64,000 nucleotides of DNA from Octopus bimaculoides. Its lineage: Eukaryota. Each line of letters starts with the position of its first letter. The stretch's first letter is position 1. This document shows, in pieces, positions 37,253 to 50,535 of the stretch. Below the pieces are notes generated by a model. That model was not told the origin of the DNA. It made no database searches and worked only from the letters and a program-made list of their open reading frames with translations. Location of the stretch: positions 88,366,555 through 88,430,554 of the forward strand of contig NC_068989.1 in assembly GCF_001194135.2 (NCBI RefSeq). Reading direction: 5' to 3'. The translations under genes were made by a program, and so were the position numbers.

Positions 37253-38934
37253 TTTTATCCGTTCAACGGATTTATCAGATCCAGTGTGCTTTAGAGTGCT
37301 TGTGGGTAACTGAAACTCAGGCAGACTCAAGTCTGGGTAGATTTAGTCATGGTATACATTTCTTCGTACGTCACCGACCAAAACATGAAAACAGTGAGCC
37401 AATGGCAAGAAAGGGAGGAAGCCGACCAGCAAAAACAGCTGTTTTAGAAGAAGCTTTCAACATATAAACGGAAATCTACTGACTGCACAGCAGAAACGAG
37501 AGTGTGAAAGAGAGAGAGAGTGAGAGAGAGTAACGCTGAGAAGGAGAGAGAAAGAGAGGGAGTGTTTGTGTGTTTGTGGCCATTTTTCTTCCCATAATTA
37601 TATCAATATATTTCATCGAGAAATATGCGAATGAGTGTGTAAAAATTCTTAACTTCTGAAGAAATAAGCAATAAACTCTATAACGTGTATGAATTACTTA
37701 CACTATATTGACTTGTTTGATGGAAAAATTCAACACTGTATGTGTATGTGTATGGAGATTTTCTGTGTATCTTCTGTTATGTAATGTGTGTGTGTGTGTG
37801 TATGAGAAAGTGAGAGAGAGAGAGTGTGTGTACGTGCGTGCAATATATTCGTCCAAATGTATATATGTGTGTGTGTGTGTTCAGAAAAAAAAATTCCATA
37901 TTCGCATCGCATTGTACTGGATTGTTTATTCAGCTATTTACTACTTTCTCCACACAATTTAATCTGAAAGTTACACACATACACATACATATATATCGCC
38001 ACCAAATGACACACTTAGACAGGTAAAATTCCAAGATGTTACACCTCCCTAAATGGCTATCATATTTCTCTGGCAATCTATCTTTACAGAATAGTCAGTA
38101 GAGTCGGGTGGGGCCGGGGCTAACATACTTAATATAGTGAACCACAAAAAACCGCTTGATTCATTAAAATTAAACCAGTAATGTAAGGGGGAAATCATGA
38201 ACACTATTGATTCCTTTTTGGCAAGGGATACAACTCAGAAATTGTAATTAATTAAAATTGAATGCGGGAGTATAAAGTGGGAAGCGGGTTCACTCTCTTA
38301 CAAGTATGATGATAACTCCAAACACTGATATAAATTTGTATCATAATTCGTAGATGGCGAAGTAATAGAGTCATTAGGATGTATAGTGCGGCGCCCTCAC
38401 TTCAAATCCGATTGAATTCAGCTTTATCGTTCACTCAATTTGGGACCCGATAAATACGGTAGATCTACCTCTCGCGGGGTAAATCGAGTGTCTTCAGACC
38501 TGAAATGCTCCAAAATACGCGCCCCTACGACGCCAGGAAGAGTCGTAAAACGGTGAGGGACACACCTGGCAAATATTAGTCACCCGTCCCAAATCTGATT
38601 CTGGTTAGCTTTTTTTTCTTTCCACCTGGGTTGATACGGTTAATTCTGCTGCCCTGAAATACTCCTTTCCTGTGTAGTAAAACGGATACTAACATACAAG
38701 GTTGCAACAGGAAATTTTATTTAATCAAATAAACCAAGCAATTTCAATACATCAAATTTTCACCTGAGTTGAAGAGAGTATCTTTTAAAATCGTAAAATT
38801 AATGATTAATTCTGCTCAAAATAGAGAGGGGAAATAACTTTTAAGATATAAAATACTTGAAAATTGAATTATGCATACAGTGGGTTGAGAAAGTCCTTGA
38901 GTAATATAAACAGTATTATTTTCGTTGTTCGTGG

Positions 38935-39140
38935 CGGCGAGCTGGCAGAATCGTTAGCAGCTGGATAAAATGCTTAGCGGCATTTCATCTATCTTTATAT
39001 TCTGAGTTCAAAATTTACCGAGGTCGACTTTGCCTTTCATCCTTTCGGACTCGTTATAATAAATACAAGTACTGGAGTTAATGTACTCGACTCCCCGCTC
39101 CCATCAAAAACCTGCTAGTCCTGTGCCAAAATTTGAAATC
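38935..39140 (+). mobile_element. SINE family A
   Basis: GGCGGCGAGCTGGCAGAATCGTTAGC...GAGGTCGACTTTGCCTTTCATCC. Confidence 0.85.
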
Positions 39141-39599
39141 ATTGTTTTCTTTGTTCGTCCTACTACCGATCGACTTTTCTTTGCTCTTCTACGCAGTTGA
39201 TAAAACCAGGAGCAGTCGTCCGTGAATTGCGCTGTTTTAATCAGCCACATCTGTCTTCTACAAACAAATGACCTTATATTAAAGTTAAAAACTATTGTCG
39301 GCCATTACAGTCATCGACGAACCAACGAGAAATATTCTACGCAGTTACTCATCCTACAAAAGCCAGTAGCCAAATCTCCCTGCACCTATAATCTGAAATC
39401 GTCAGAGTAAATTTTATACCATTTTCTGGGTTTGAGTGTCTTTTTTATTAGAGTTCATTGTATTGCAAATATTGAGACCAGATCCCCACTCTGCAGGCAA
39501 CCCAAGAATAACGGGTCTTCTTTCATTTTTAACCCCATTTTGGCACAATCCACGAAAAGTTATCAGTATTACTCTTGATCTGCTAGATTTTACCTTTTG

Positions 39600-39990
39600 C
39601 CTGTTTCAGTCATTACACTGCGGCCATGCTGGGGCACCGCCTTCAAGAATTTTTAACCGAATGAATCGACCGCAGTACCTTTTCTATTTAAAACCTGGTA
39701 CTTATTCTATCGGTCTCTTTTGCCAAACCGCTGTGTTACTGCGACGTAAACAAACCAACACCAGTTGTCAAGCGGTGGTGGGGAACAAGCACAGACACAA
39801 AGACACACAAGTAGGTATACAATACGACGGGCTTCTTTCAGTTTCCGTCTACCAAATCCACTCACAAGGCTTTGATCGGCCCGAGGCTATAGTAGAAGAC
39901 ATTTGCTCAAGGTGGCACGCAGTGGGACTGAACCTGAACCATGTGGTTGGGAAGCAAACATCTGACCATACAGCCACATCTGTGCCTAAA
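39600..39990 (-). mobile_element. SINE family B
   Basis: B consensus; accounts for most of ORF 39436-40002. Confidence 0.85.
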
Positions 39991-41019
39991 GGAAATTTTT
40001 AGAAAACATAATAGAAAAAAAAACCCAGATACATCGAATAATATAGTTTTATACAATGTTTGAATAAAAGACCGGCTGGTGGCCGTGGCTGGGACACCTA
40101 TCAACATGTGTGATCAGGATTGACCTCGGGTTAAACAATAAGTACCGTATTTGAACGAACCCCACCAGCCCTTAAAAAAATCACCCAGAGTCCTACATGC
40201 AAAGTTATTAATTAATGCAGTAATGCACTAAAGACATTTTCTCTTGGATGTGCGCTACAGAAATTAAAATGCGTCTTTTATGCCAACAAATACGGAATTT
40301 AAAACTGGATCGGTAACTGTGTACCAAATATTTTACTACGGCATGGCAACGCCCTACTAAGTGGTCATTACTGATCTGCAAAAGACACCCTACGATATTT
40401 ATTCAAATTTACCACATTATTGTCAGTAAATAGACTTACTAACAATTGCTTGTTAGGATCTTGTAAAATTTCTTCCAACTACTTGAAGTATTTCAAATTT
40501 TCACCAGATTATTTTCTAAAGACGTAGTTTTCCATGCTAATAACGAAGATCACATTAATTCTTTTTTTAAGAAATTAATCATAAAGAAGTTACATCAGAG
40601 TAGAAAATATGAAAAAAAAATCTGGTAGATTTTCAAATATTGCAAGTGGTTGGAAGAAATTTAACAAGACCTGTTTGTTACGTAGGTACGGAGTTTGAAG
40701 ATTTTGAAGCTGAGATATTCGTGATTTTTCAAACTATATCAAAAGACAATAAGTAACAATAGTTCTTGCAGATGTGTAATTATTATGATTTAAAACGGTT
40801 GCTAGAAGACCACAAATCTGTAGGGGAGCGAGAATGTAGCCGATCGAATCGAGCTCAGTTCATGACAGGTACCAATTACAAGATTATATTTTCAGATCAC
40901 TGAAAGTTTTGGAAATTTGAGAAAATAATCTCAGGGTTCCTGAGAAAGAAAGAAAAAGATCTACGTATCTCCATACAAGATAATAAAAGCATTCCTTTAG
41001 AATAAATTAACAATTCTGA

Positions 41020-41275
41020 TGGCACTCTGTCGATTACGACGACGAGGGTCCCAGTTTGTTTCGATCAAAGGAAAATCCTGCTCTTGAACTTTACATGCAA
41101 GTGGCTGAGCACTCCACAGACACGCGTACCCTTAACATAGTTCTCGGGGAGATTCAGCGTGACACCGAATGTGACAAGGCTGGGTCTCTAAATCACATGT
41201 ACATTTTTGCCAGATGAGTAGGACACAACGCACCGCCTGGAATCGAAGTCACAACCTTACGACCGTGAGCCCATA
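41020..41275 (-). mobile_element. SINE family C, internally deleted
   Basis: 3' and 5' C motifs with the central part missing. Confidence 0.75.
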
Positions 41276-41613
41276 TAACCAACTCCAATAGACCCGCAAC
41301 AAACCCTCTGCAAATTAGGAAGACCTACACAAGTATTAACCTTACCAGAATTTAGAATATTCATAAAGAACAGATATATTAGTAGCTCCAGATCACCGAA
41401 GCTACTGGATTTGTTGCGTATATATATATACACAGAATGGTTGCTAATTTCTCTGGGATTGATTGGTCAAAAGATGTAGACACCGCTGATGAGACCACAA
41501 TAAGAATCGAAAATCGATTAAGACTGTTCATCAGTTTTGTTTTGTTTTTTTTCAGTCTACATAGAAATAGTTAAATTTGCCATGTCTCTAAGTCTACTAA
41601 GTTTACATACATG

Positions 41614-41645
<32 letters not shown>

Positions 41646-42172
41646 CATACACATATACATACATACGTGTGTGTGTGTGTGTGTGTGTATGTGAATGGTA
41701 ACGTAACAAACGTTACAATAATACGCCAACATGGGAGCCGCTGTGCGTTTGATTAATTTCTAGATGTAGCACCCAAATCTCCATCAAATCACACATTATC
41801 TCAAAAAAAAAGGGTGGCGGGAGAGCGCATAATGCAGTTCGAGATATACTGCGTCTTAAATAAACGTGACGTCGTTCACGATTATAAAGCTCGGTTCGGG
41901 CTGACCTTGACTGGTCACTGATTCTAGCCGCGTGTGTGTGTGTGTGTTTATAATTGTATTTACGAACGAAATATAAAAGAACTCAATACTTCTGAAAAAG
42001 CAAATAAGGTTACATTAGAGTATGAACTGCATATACATACATATGTATGTGTGTGTCGTGGGTGTTGGTGTGCGCGCGCTATTACACACACACTCTCACT
42101 CACTCACTCACTCACTCACTCACTCACTCACTCACTCACACACACACACNNNNNNNNNNCTCTCTCTCTCTC

Positions 42173-42203
<31 letters not shown>

Positions 42204-42299
42204 CACACACACGTGAATGCAGATTACCGAAAACACAAGTTTTGCTCGGCCGAACACGTTGGCCCTTTCCGGAGATTATGAATATTCCCCAACCATCTC

Positions 42300-42720
42300 A
42301 TTCATAGTCTATCCCTCGGTCTCCCTGCCGTTCCTTCATTGGTCGGTTTGAAGTATCTGTGTAACGATTCTTTCCTGCAAAATGCTAATCAAATGTCTGG
42401 AGTACATAAACTGAGAATTAGCAGCTCGATCTAAAAAGGACTCCCTGATCTCCAAGCTATACACCCCCTGTCGAATAATGTTACTCCAGAGAACTTTGCA
42501 GGAACCCTATTTCGACCGCTAGCATTCGCGATCGTACGCTTTCGATCATTACGTAAGATTCTTGACCACAGATGAGGACAGACACGAAAACCGAATTGAA
42601 GATGGCGAGTTTGGCAATTTTACCAGCCTCTTCTCTTCTGATGGTCAACTACCGGAACTGGCAGATTACGTTATTTACCATATTATGCTTCAAGCAGTAT
42701 GCTGTTGTTTGGCACCTGAC
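42300..42720 (-). mobile_element. RTE (Rex3/Expander-like) LINE RT-thumb fragment
   Basis: AKLAIFNSVFVSVLICGQESYVMIESVRSRMLAVEIGFLQ matches the RTE motif AKLSIYQSIFVPTLTYGHELWVMTERTRSRIQAAEMSFLR; downstream GRPRDR. Confidence 0.85.
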
Positions 42721-43291
42721 TGCAGTTGTGCAGCGGAGGAAACTCATAAGTTATGTGACTCGTGTTTTAGGCGGAACAGTTTTACGGGGCTCAACTTGAA
42801 CTATGTTCTGAATTGCTTAAATGTAATAATTCTGAGTAAATCAACATTCTCGGATCTGTTGAAGATAGAATCTTTTCAAAGTGGTTTCTCCAAAACGCAA
42901 ATTTAACTTCGGTTTTCATAAACCCGGACAAAACCGATGAGAAAGGCAAAAACGAAATTTTTAATATTTAAACGCGGAGTTTATTCCTCTTTTAGCCATT
43001 GGGCTGCGGCCATGCTGGGGCAACGACTTGAAGAGGTTTAGTCGAACAGATCATCCTCAGTCCNNNNNNNNNNNNNNNNNNNNNNNNNNNNNNNNNNNNN
43101 NNNNNNNNNNNNNNNNNNNNNNNNNNNNNNNNNNNNNNNNNNNNNNNNNNNNNNNNNNNNNNNNNNNNNNNNNNNNNNNNNNNNNNNNNNNNNNNNNNNN
43201 NNNNNNNNNNNNNNNNNNNNNNNNNNNNNNNNNNNNNNNNNNNNNNNNNNNNNNNNNNNNNNNNNNNNNNNNNNNNNNNNNNNNNNNNNNN

Positions 43292-43463
43292 GAAAGTTGG
43301 GGCGAAAGAGTACAACAGGGGGTCGCCACCACCCCCTGCTGGAGCCTCGTGGAGCTTTAAGTGTTTTCGCTCAATAAACACACAACGCCCGGTCTGGGAA
43401 TCGAAACCGCGATCCTCCGACCGCGAGTCCGCTGCCCTAACCACTGGGCCATTGCGCCTCCAC
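43292..43463 (-). mobile_element. SINE family C 5' part (remainder in gap)
   Basis: Near-consensus head. Confidence 0.9.
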
Positions 43464-43564
43464 AATCGTTCTTTATGCCGAACCACTAAGGTTAGCAAGT
43501 GGTGAGGGGAAAACCAAACATGGACACACACACACATGTACATAAACCCACTCAACCCACCATC

Positions 43565-43895
43565 TTTTACTTGTTTCACTCATTAGACTGTGGCCATGCT
43601 GGGGCACCGCCTTGAGAAGTTTTTAGTCGAATGAATCGACCCCAGTACTTAATGTTTTAAGTCTGGTATTTGTTATATCTGTTACTTTTGTCAAAACGCT
43701 AAGTTATGGGGGCGTAAACACACCAACCCCGGTTATCAAGAGGTAGGGGTTACACACACACACACAACAGGCTTCTTTTAGTTTCTGTCTACCAAATCGA
43801 CTCAGAAGGCTGTGGTCAACCCAAGGCTATAGAAGACACTTGCCCAAGGTTCCACACAGAACCATGTGGTTGGGAAGCAAGCTTTTTACCACATA
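43565..43895 (-). mobile_element. SINE family B
   Basis: B consensus. Confidence 0.85.
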
Positions 43896-44155
43896 GCCAC
43901 GCCAAATTTGACTCTGTTAAAAGTATTGAGTCCTTTTGTCAGTAAATATTTGTTGCTCATAACACGTAATTTGACGACACTAACTTTAACACGCAATTAT
44001 ACTTTCCACTGTAGTTTTATTTAAGACGGTAAGGGATGGTTTGAAAACTGATTCGGCTGCTATTTCCAGCATATCACGTGACTGCGTAGAATCTTCTCTA
44101 AGAATTGCAAGTTACCCAACAGGCAACCGAAGCAGATGGTGCAGAAAGTTCTAGA

Positions 44156-44200
<45 letters not shown>

Positions 44201-44654
44201 AAAATAGTCGTAATGATGTTATTGGCTGCTATTTCTACAATGTTAAATGACCACGTTGAAACTCCTTCTTTGGCTCGGAGCTTTATTGAATGGTTGAAAG
44301 TGGTGGTCGTGCTTAGGAGCAGAAGAGGCGAGACAAAAAAAAATGTCGAGGAATGATTGCTAACACAAAAAATGTAAAACAAAAGGCAGTGACCTGCAAA
44401 TAAAACATAAACCTTTAAAAGTAATTAAAAGTACAATTAAATAATGATAATAATAATAATAATAAATACAAGCAAATGTTATTGTTTATTGCCTATCTTG
44501 TTAAAATGTACGTGCTTTTGCGTATGTATCAATCTGCACACTATGTATGTGTGTATAAATACATATATGTATGTCTCACACCCACCCATACACATATGGA
44601 GACATACGCACATAAACATACATATATCCATACACATATATACAGACATACCTA

Positions 44655-44709
<55 letters not shown>

Positions 44710-46579
44710 CGCAGACAGACATGAAGAGGTCGAAAGGGCGAGTCCATGTTAATGGATGTCAGATATTCAACAATCTCAAAAGAAGCGAGAGCAGATCTAC
44801 ATTTTGAGTTAACATGCATCGAAATGATCAATAAATAGTCACATTATTCCGCACCTCTTTCAGCATCTGCTGTCGGGAGAGGAGCATGGAGACGGAGTAG
44901 AAGAAAGAGAGAGAGAGAGAGAAAGAAAAGAAGAGAGACAAGTCATACATCGTCCCTTTCAATACTTCTTATAAATTGAAAGCAAGTGGAGGGGGGTAGA
45001 CTAACAGCAGTGGCTACCAAACAGTATACGAAATCTCAAGTTTAAAGTAGCAAGACATGATCTCTTGTTTATATTATTCTACGTTCTTTTTTGGATTGTT
45101 TTTTTTAACGTTTTGTAGAACATGTCGGGAATTTACTAGGTGACAAATATATCGCCCCTCCACTGCAGAAATGTAAAAAAAAAAAACCAAATAGGTACTT
45201 AATATATTATAAGTGGTCTTGGCTGATTCAAAGTTCAAATTGATAAACGTGTATAAAATTACACACGCGTACAAACTTCACATAAAATACAAAAGCTCAC
45301 GCGGTGACATGTAAAGTAATATGTATGCTTAATCAGTTTTGTATATCAACTTAATGAAAAATGCTTAAGAACTGAATGCATACCTCTTGACGAAAGCTAA
45401 TTATATATACATATATATATATAAATACACACAGACACAAACATAAAACATATATATACATACACACGCAAACATACGACATACATACATGCGCGCGCTT
45501 ACACATACATACACGCGTCAGTAACACATGACCTCCGCCATTAACTCAGTGGTACAAGCCACTCTATCCACTTGGTCGCACAACGTTTTGCCTGCTGGCT
45601 TAATCAAAGCCCACCCTTTTCACCACTCGTACTGGATTGCTAAATGGCTAAACGAAAATATTTTTGTCTTTGACAATAATAACAATAGTTTCTTTAATAG
45701 TAAATGACGAGAAAGATGATTTCTTAATGATAATTATATGTATAATATATATATATTTTTTCTTAGACATGAAGTCTGAGATTTTTAAGTGCGGAGATGA
45801 TAATAATAAATACACGCCTTGCTCTATCATTCATTTATGTCAGCCATTTTTCCATGTCACTAAGAATAATGCGTAGAATTTGATGATATTACACACAGCC
45901 GTCAGTTTGCTGTTCCTGTTCTTTTCAAGCAGTGGCGACGACGGCGGTGATTTATTTGCCTTAACAAGCATTTCAAAGACTAAGTGTGACTGAAGTTTTA
46001 GCGATTTCTTCTTCAAGGAAGCCCTCCATTCTATTGATTCGAAATTGCCCATATGAATGTCATTTTATTTCCAGCAGAGAACGCTGTAACAGGGATAACA
46101 ATCACCAATTGATACTACAAGCATAATCTGCTGTTAAGCAGCCACTCACTCAAGACGTTACGAACACATCTTTATTACACAGATACTTCAGACAGACAGA
46201 CGATTTAGAACAGTTCCAGTTGTTTGTTTCCCGTTTCTCGATTTGTTTTTCTTATTAGCCAATAATGCGAATTCTTATAATCGCTTTATGGCGTCCGAGA
46301 TCACGTTTAATAACGAGCTGTTTCAAATGTCGCCATTAAGCAGCAGCCGTACGTATTTAAGACGTGCAAATCACTGTCATCATACAGGTGACAAACCTAT
46401 TGAATGTTAACAAATGATTTAAAATTAATAATAACATTAAGGATTTCTTTCAGTTGCCACAAGGGCGACGAGTGAAGAAGAAATAACAATCACCAAAATA
46501 GATTGTATATACGCATAATTGACTATGATAAATATTTAAAAAAAACAGTATGTAAAACAAGTTTTTTTTTTTTTAATGG

Positions 46580-47460
46580 TCAGGAATGGATATCTTCCAT
46601 TGGGGGAGACATCCACCTAAGGCCAATCAAAGAAGCCCACAAATCCTGAGTTACCCTACCCTCTACCAGCAACGTTCTCTGATCTGCAGGTGTATATGGA
46701 GAACAGACCTGTTCACATGGATCAGTTTCGGTATTCTAAATCACGAGGGATTTCTAGAACTTGTCCCTAATTGCCATACTGAAAAGTCCTTAGAGTAAGC
46801 TTTTCAGTTAGTTCTCACTGATATCCAGAGTCTTTCCGAAAATATCGTTCGAGCACTACATTCTATACGATACAAGTGTTGGCGTAATGCCAGTCGCGTT
46901 CAAAACTTTGAACAAACGACAACATTCTAGCTGCCAGGCATCCACTCTCGATCTTCGCTTAACCCAGAGCTGCATTTCAGTTAAAGAGACGAGCTACGCT
47001 ACAGGAAAGCGTATCTCACTAACAGCCATCACAAATCATCGAGATATCTCTTCAGAGGCCGCAGCATCAAGGCTTGTCGTTGTATCATCTGCCATTGCAT
47101 AACGAGTTCTCCAACAGACAGGCGCTCAGTCCAGAGGGGCGAGTCTTTCCAGAAAAGGTGAAAGAGCAGACACTCTAATCTATTCAAACGAAAATTGGGG
47201 TAAGACCTGACGACGGTCAGGCACAAGAAACTACGGAAGCAAGATTAACATTTGCCGCCTCTTGCTGACATTTCCGGGATACCTTCCTATTCACTAGGAT
47301 ATTTTTATGCTCCCTGCGATAGTGACTATGGGGCAACGCAACTACTGAATGATCACGAAAGTGATACGCAAATACAAGTAGCAAGACGTCTTGCAATGTT
47401 TTTTATTAGATCACCCATAGTCTATGGTCATACACAACAAACCTACCAGCCGTTTGATTA
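46580..47460 (-). mobile_element. L1/Tx1-type LINE ORF2 C-terminal remnant
   Basis: CLTVVRSYPNFRLNRLECLLFHLFWKD...GELVMQWQMIQRQALMLRPLKRYLDD resembles the Tx1 post-RT motif (RLTVVP...LER.LF.FLWKG...GGLGMP...R.AL.LR.L..FL). Many stops. Confidence 0.65.
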
Positions 47461-47634
47461 AGATTAAGAGCTTTAAGGCAGAATGGAAGACCGTTCTGCA
47501 AGGAGATATGATACTACAAAACTCGAATCAGGAGTATAGCGTCTAATCTACACAGTGATCCCAGAGAAAATTTTTTTTAAATAAAAAGAAAAACAAGTGG
47601 AGATAAATAAACACATTAAAAATATTGTCTTGAA

Positions 47635-47863
47635 CAGTGATTTTCAACCATTTTTTGCCTATAGTCCTCTTTGATTACCATTCTATTCTGGTGCATTCGA
47701 TGAGTAAAAACTAGTTTTATCGATGTTCTTTTCAAAACTCCGACCTTGTTTTTCACACGATAACATTTAGAATACTACTGTGGGTCCCCAATTTACTATT
47801 TTGCTTGCGGGAACCCCAGGGATCATAAGAACCCCGGCTACGTTCCACTGATCGAGAACTAGC
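47635..47863. mobile_element. hAT-type MITE, decayed
   Basis: CAGTGATTTTCAACC left end and CGAGAACTAGC right end; related to 58680-58852 and 63549-63661. Confidence 0.55.
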
Positions 47864-48714
47864 AAGAACGTTTCGAAATTGTTTCTTTATTATCCAGAAG
47901 GATTCGCGCATACTATATACAAAAAACATTGAAAAACATGGCGGTTACAATGCATGTTGCGCCGAACAAAGCAAATATAATGTAGGTTGGGAAAGGCGAG
48001 GATATTAATACAATGAGACCTTATTGTTTATATGAAAACATAGTAGCAAATGTCTGATTCGTGCAATGCCTACGAAATATTAGTGGTAACATAGCAACAA
48101 AGCGGATATAACTAAAAGTCAAGACAAAGTCATGAAGTCGGTTTATTATTATCATTATTATTATAAGAAGAAAGATATTACAGAGAATGAATAATGAAAG
48201 AGGTAAAAAGTCTGAAGAAGAATGTAGAATAAATAAGGGAGGTAAATAACGAAAAGAAATCGTGTCAGAGATTAAAAAAAAAAACAACTAGAATACTTAT
48301 ACTAATATGGATATTGAAGGTATTTTAAGCTCAAATTTAATTTGAACTTGTTTCAATAGTAAAGGCTTAAAAGCTACTAGACAATTTTTAGTGCGTTCGC
48401 TGCAAAACTAAACCAACCTAACTGCAATAAACAGCAGACGTGACCGGACAGCTATAACACGCCTCTCATTCAACCTATGATCAACGAACAGCTGACGAAA
48501 TATTTGAGGTAAACACTTTTATAGGTCAGGAGTTCAAACCAGCTACCGGTGTTTCGTTGCGTTCCTAGTAGAAAGCTACTCAGTTCACTAGGGTGGGGGA
48601 CATAACAAAGCACTACGGCTTACTCAGCGACACCATTCGCTTGAAAACCGAATACTTCGAAATATGCTTAGTTTTTCCATGCCTACTCGAGTTACGATAT
48701 CACTATCATATGTA

Positions 48715-49150
48715 GGCTCGTTTATCACTGATCCGCAATAACATGGTACGCTCAATCATTAACCATGATAGGCTTATCACGGATTGATCCGTGATAGCAC
48801 GGCGATCAGTTAAAGAATCTGTTAGTACCGCAGAAACGCGTCCCCACAACCTACCCAGAATCCACGGACTATCGCTTGTGTTTACATCAACGTGCTGCGA
48901 GGCAGTATATTTTTTTTTATACGAATTTACCTATTCGTACCCATCAACGTCAGACTAGTGAGCAGAAAAAATATGAAAGCGGTGGATCCTAATTGCATTA
49001 AATATGTTCATCTCTTCTTAATTTCAAGGTACAGATCTATATCAAACCAACACTAAGGAGGGTGTAAGCTGCCAAAGGCTGGCATACTATCGAGAACGGA
49101 ATGGAGAAATGGGCAATTTTCTTATTAGATGCAAACCACAGACCTTTAAA
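48715..49150 (+). mobile_element. RTE LINE 5' end (5' UTR plus start of APE endonuclease)
   Basis: LPIRT.INV.LVSRKNMKAVD resembles the RTE APE start (LRIGTLNVGT..GR..E.VD); colinear with 57730-58300. Confidence 0.55.
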
Positions 49151-49604
49151 ATCCCCGTCACTTAGGGAAATGCCTGTTTTGAATCATGAAAAATTTTAAA
49201 TTCAAGACGAGATAGCTTTAATGCAAGAAATTCCCTAAAACCCAAGAAGTAACGATTTTAAATCACATATGAAATTATTACATTATGCGTAATAAAGTAG
49301 ATCTTGTGAAATCATTAACACTGCGACAGTCCATCCTTCAAATACCTAAAACTTTACAGCCTCTATATGTATATAATATAATCGACATTATATAAGCACA
49401 CAGTGAACTTGCCGTGGGGAGTATAGCCTGTTTTTTTTCTCTAAGAAGATGTAAAACCCTGCTGTCGCTCTTTAATTTCTCTCCAATCAACTGTTATTCG
49501 AAGATTTATATCCAAAACGTTGAACTTTCCACACGGCAAATTCATTACTGTCTTTGTCGATTTTACCATCAACACTGGTCTCCTTGAAATCTTTGTGTGT
49601 GTGA

Positions 49605-49937
49605 TCGTTTACTTGTTTTAGTCATTAGACTGCGGTCATGCTGGGGCACGCCTGGAAGTATTTTAGTCGAACGAATCGATCCCAGTACTTTCTTTTAAAC
49701 CTGGTGCTTACTCTATCTATCTCTTTTGCCGAACTGCTATATTACGGGGACGTAAACCACAACAACAGCGGTGGTGGGATAGAAACGATAACACACACAA
49801 CAGGCTTCTTTAAGCTTGCCTCTACGAAATCCACTCACAAGGCTTTAGTTGGTCCGAAGCTGTAGTAGAAAACACTTGCCCAAAGGTGAACCTGGAACCA
49901 TGTGGTTGAGAAGCAAACTTCTTACAACACAACCATG
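49605..49937 (-). mobile_element. SINE family B (host of the GGATC-TIR element)
   Basis: B consensus, resuming at 50536. Confidence 0.85.
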
Positions 49938-50535
49938 GGATCTTTTTTAAAACGGGGGCCACATTTTTCATTAACGAAACACTTTGAAACTTGGAACACT
50001 GGTAGAATGTGTCATATAAAACATCTTTTTCTCTTAGTCTTCTTAAAACAAAAAGAAATCCATAAATTATTCCATGTTAAATTTGTCGTATTTCTNNNNN
50101 NNNNNNNNNNNNNNNNNNNNNNNNNNNNNNNNNNNNNNNNNNNNNNNNNNNNNNNNNNNNNNNNNNNNNNNNNNNNNNNNNNNNNNNNNNNNNNNNNNNN
50201 NNNNNNNNNNNNNNNNNNNNNNNNNNNNNNNNNNNNNNNNNNNNNNNNNNNNNNNNNNNNNNNNNNNNNNNNNNNNNNNNNNNNNNNNNNNNNNNNNNNN
50301 NNNNNNNNNNNNNNNNNNNNNNNNNNNNNNNNNNNNNNNNNNNNNNNNNNNNNNNNNNNNNNNNNNNNNNNNNNNNNNNNNNNNNNNNNNNNNNNNNNNN
50401 NNNNNNNNNNNNNNNNNNNNNNNNNNNNNNNNNNNNNNNNNNNNNNNNNNNNNNCGATGTTTGAAAGTCTTTCGGTACCAAAAACACTACGTAAAACATT
50501 AATGAAAAATGTGGCCCCTGTTTTAAAAAAGATCC
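49938..50535. mobile_element. non-autonomous TIR element (GGATC...GATCC, about 36-bp TIR), interior in gap
   Basis: GGATCTTTTTTAAAACGGGGGCCACATTTTTCATTAA / TTAATGAAAAATGTGGCCCCTGTTTTAAAAAAGATCC. Homologous ends at 54949-55060 and 63662-64000. Confidence 0.8.

Noticed and set aside
39436-40002. 188-aa ORF
   Set aside because: Mostly the antisense strand of a family-B SINE.
42562-42906. 114-aa Cys-containing ORF that looks protein-like
   Set aside because: Antisense to the RTE RT remnant at 42300-42720.
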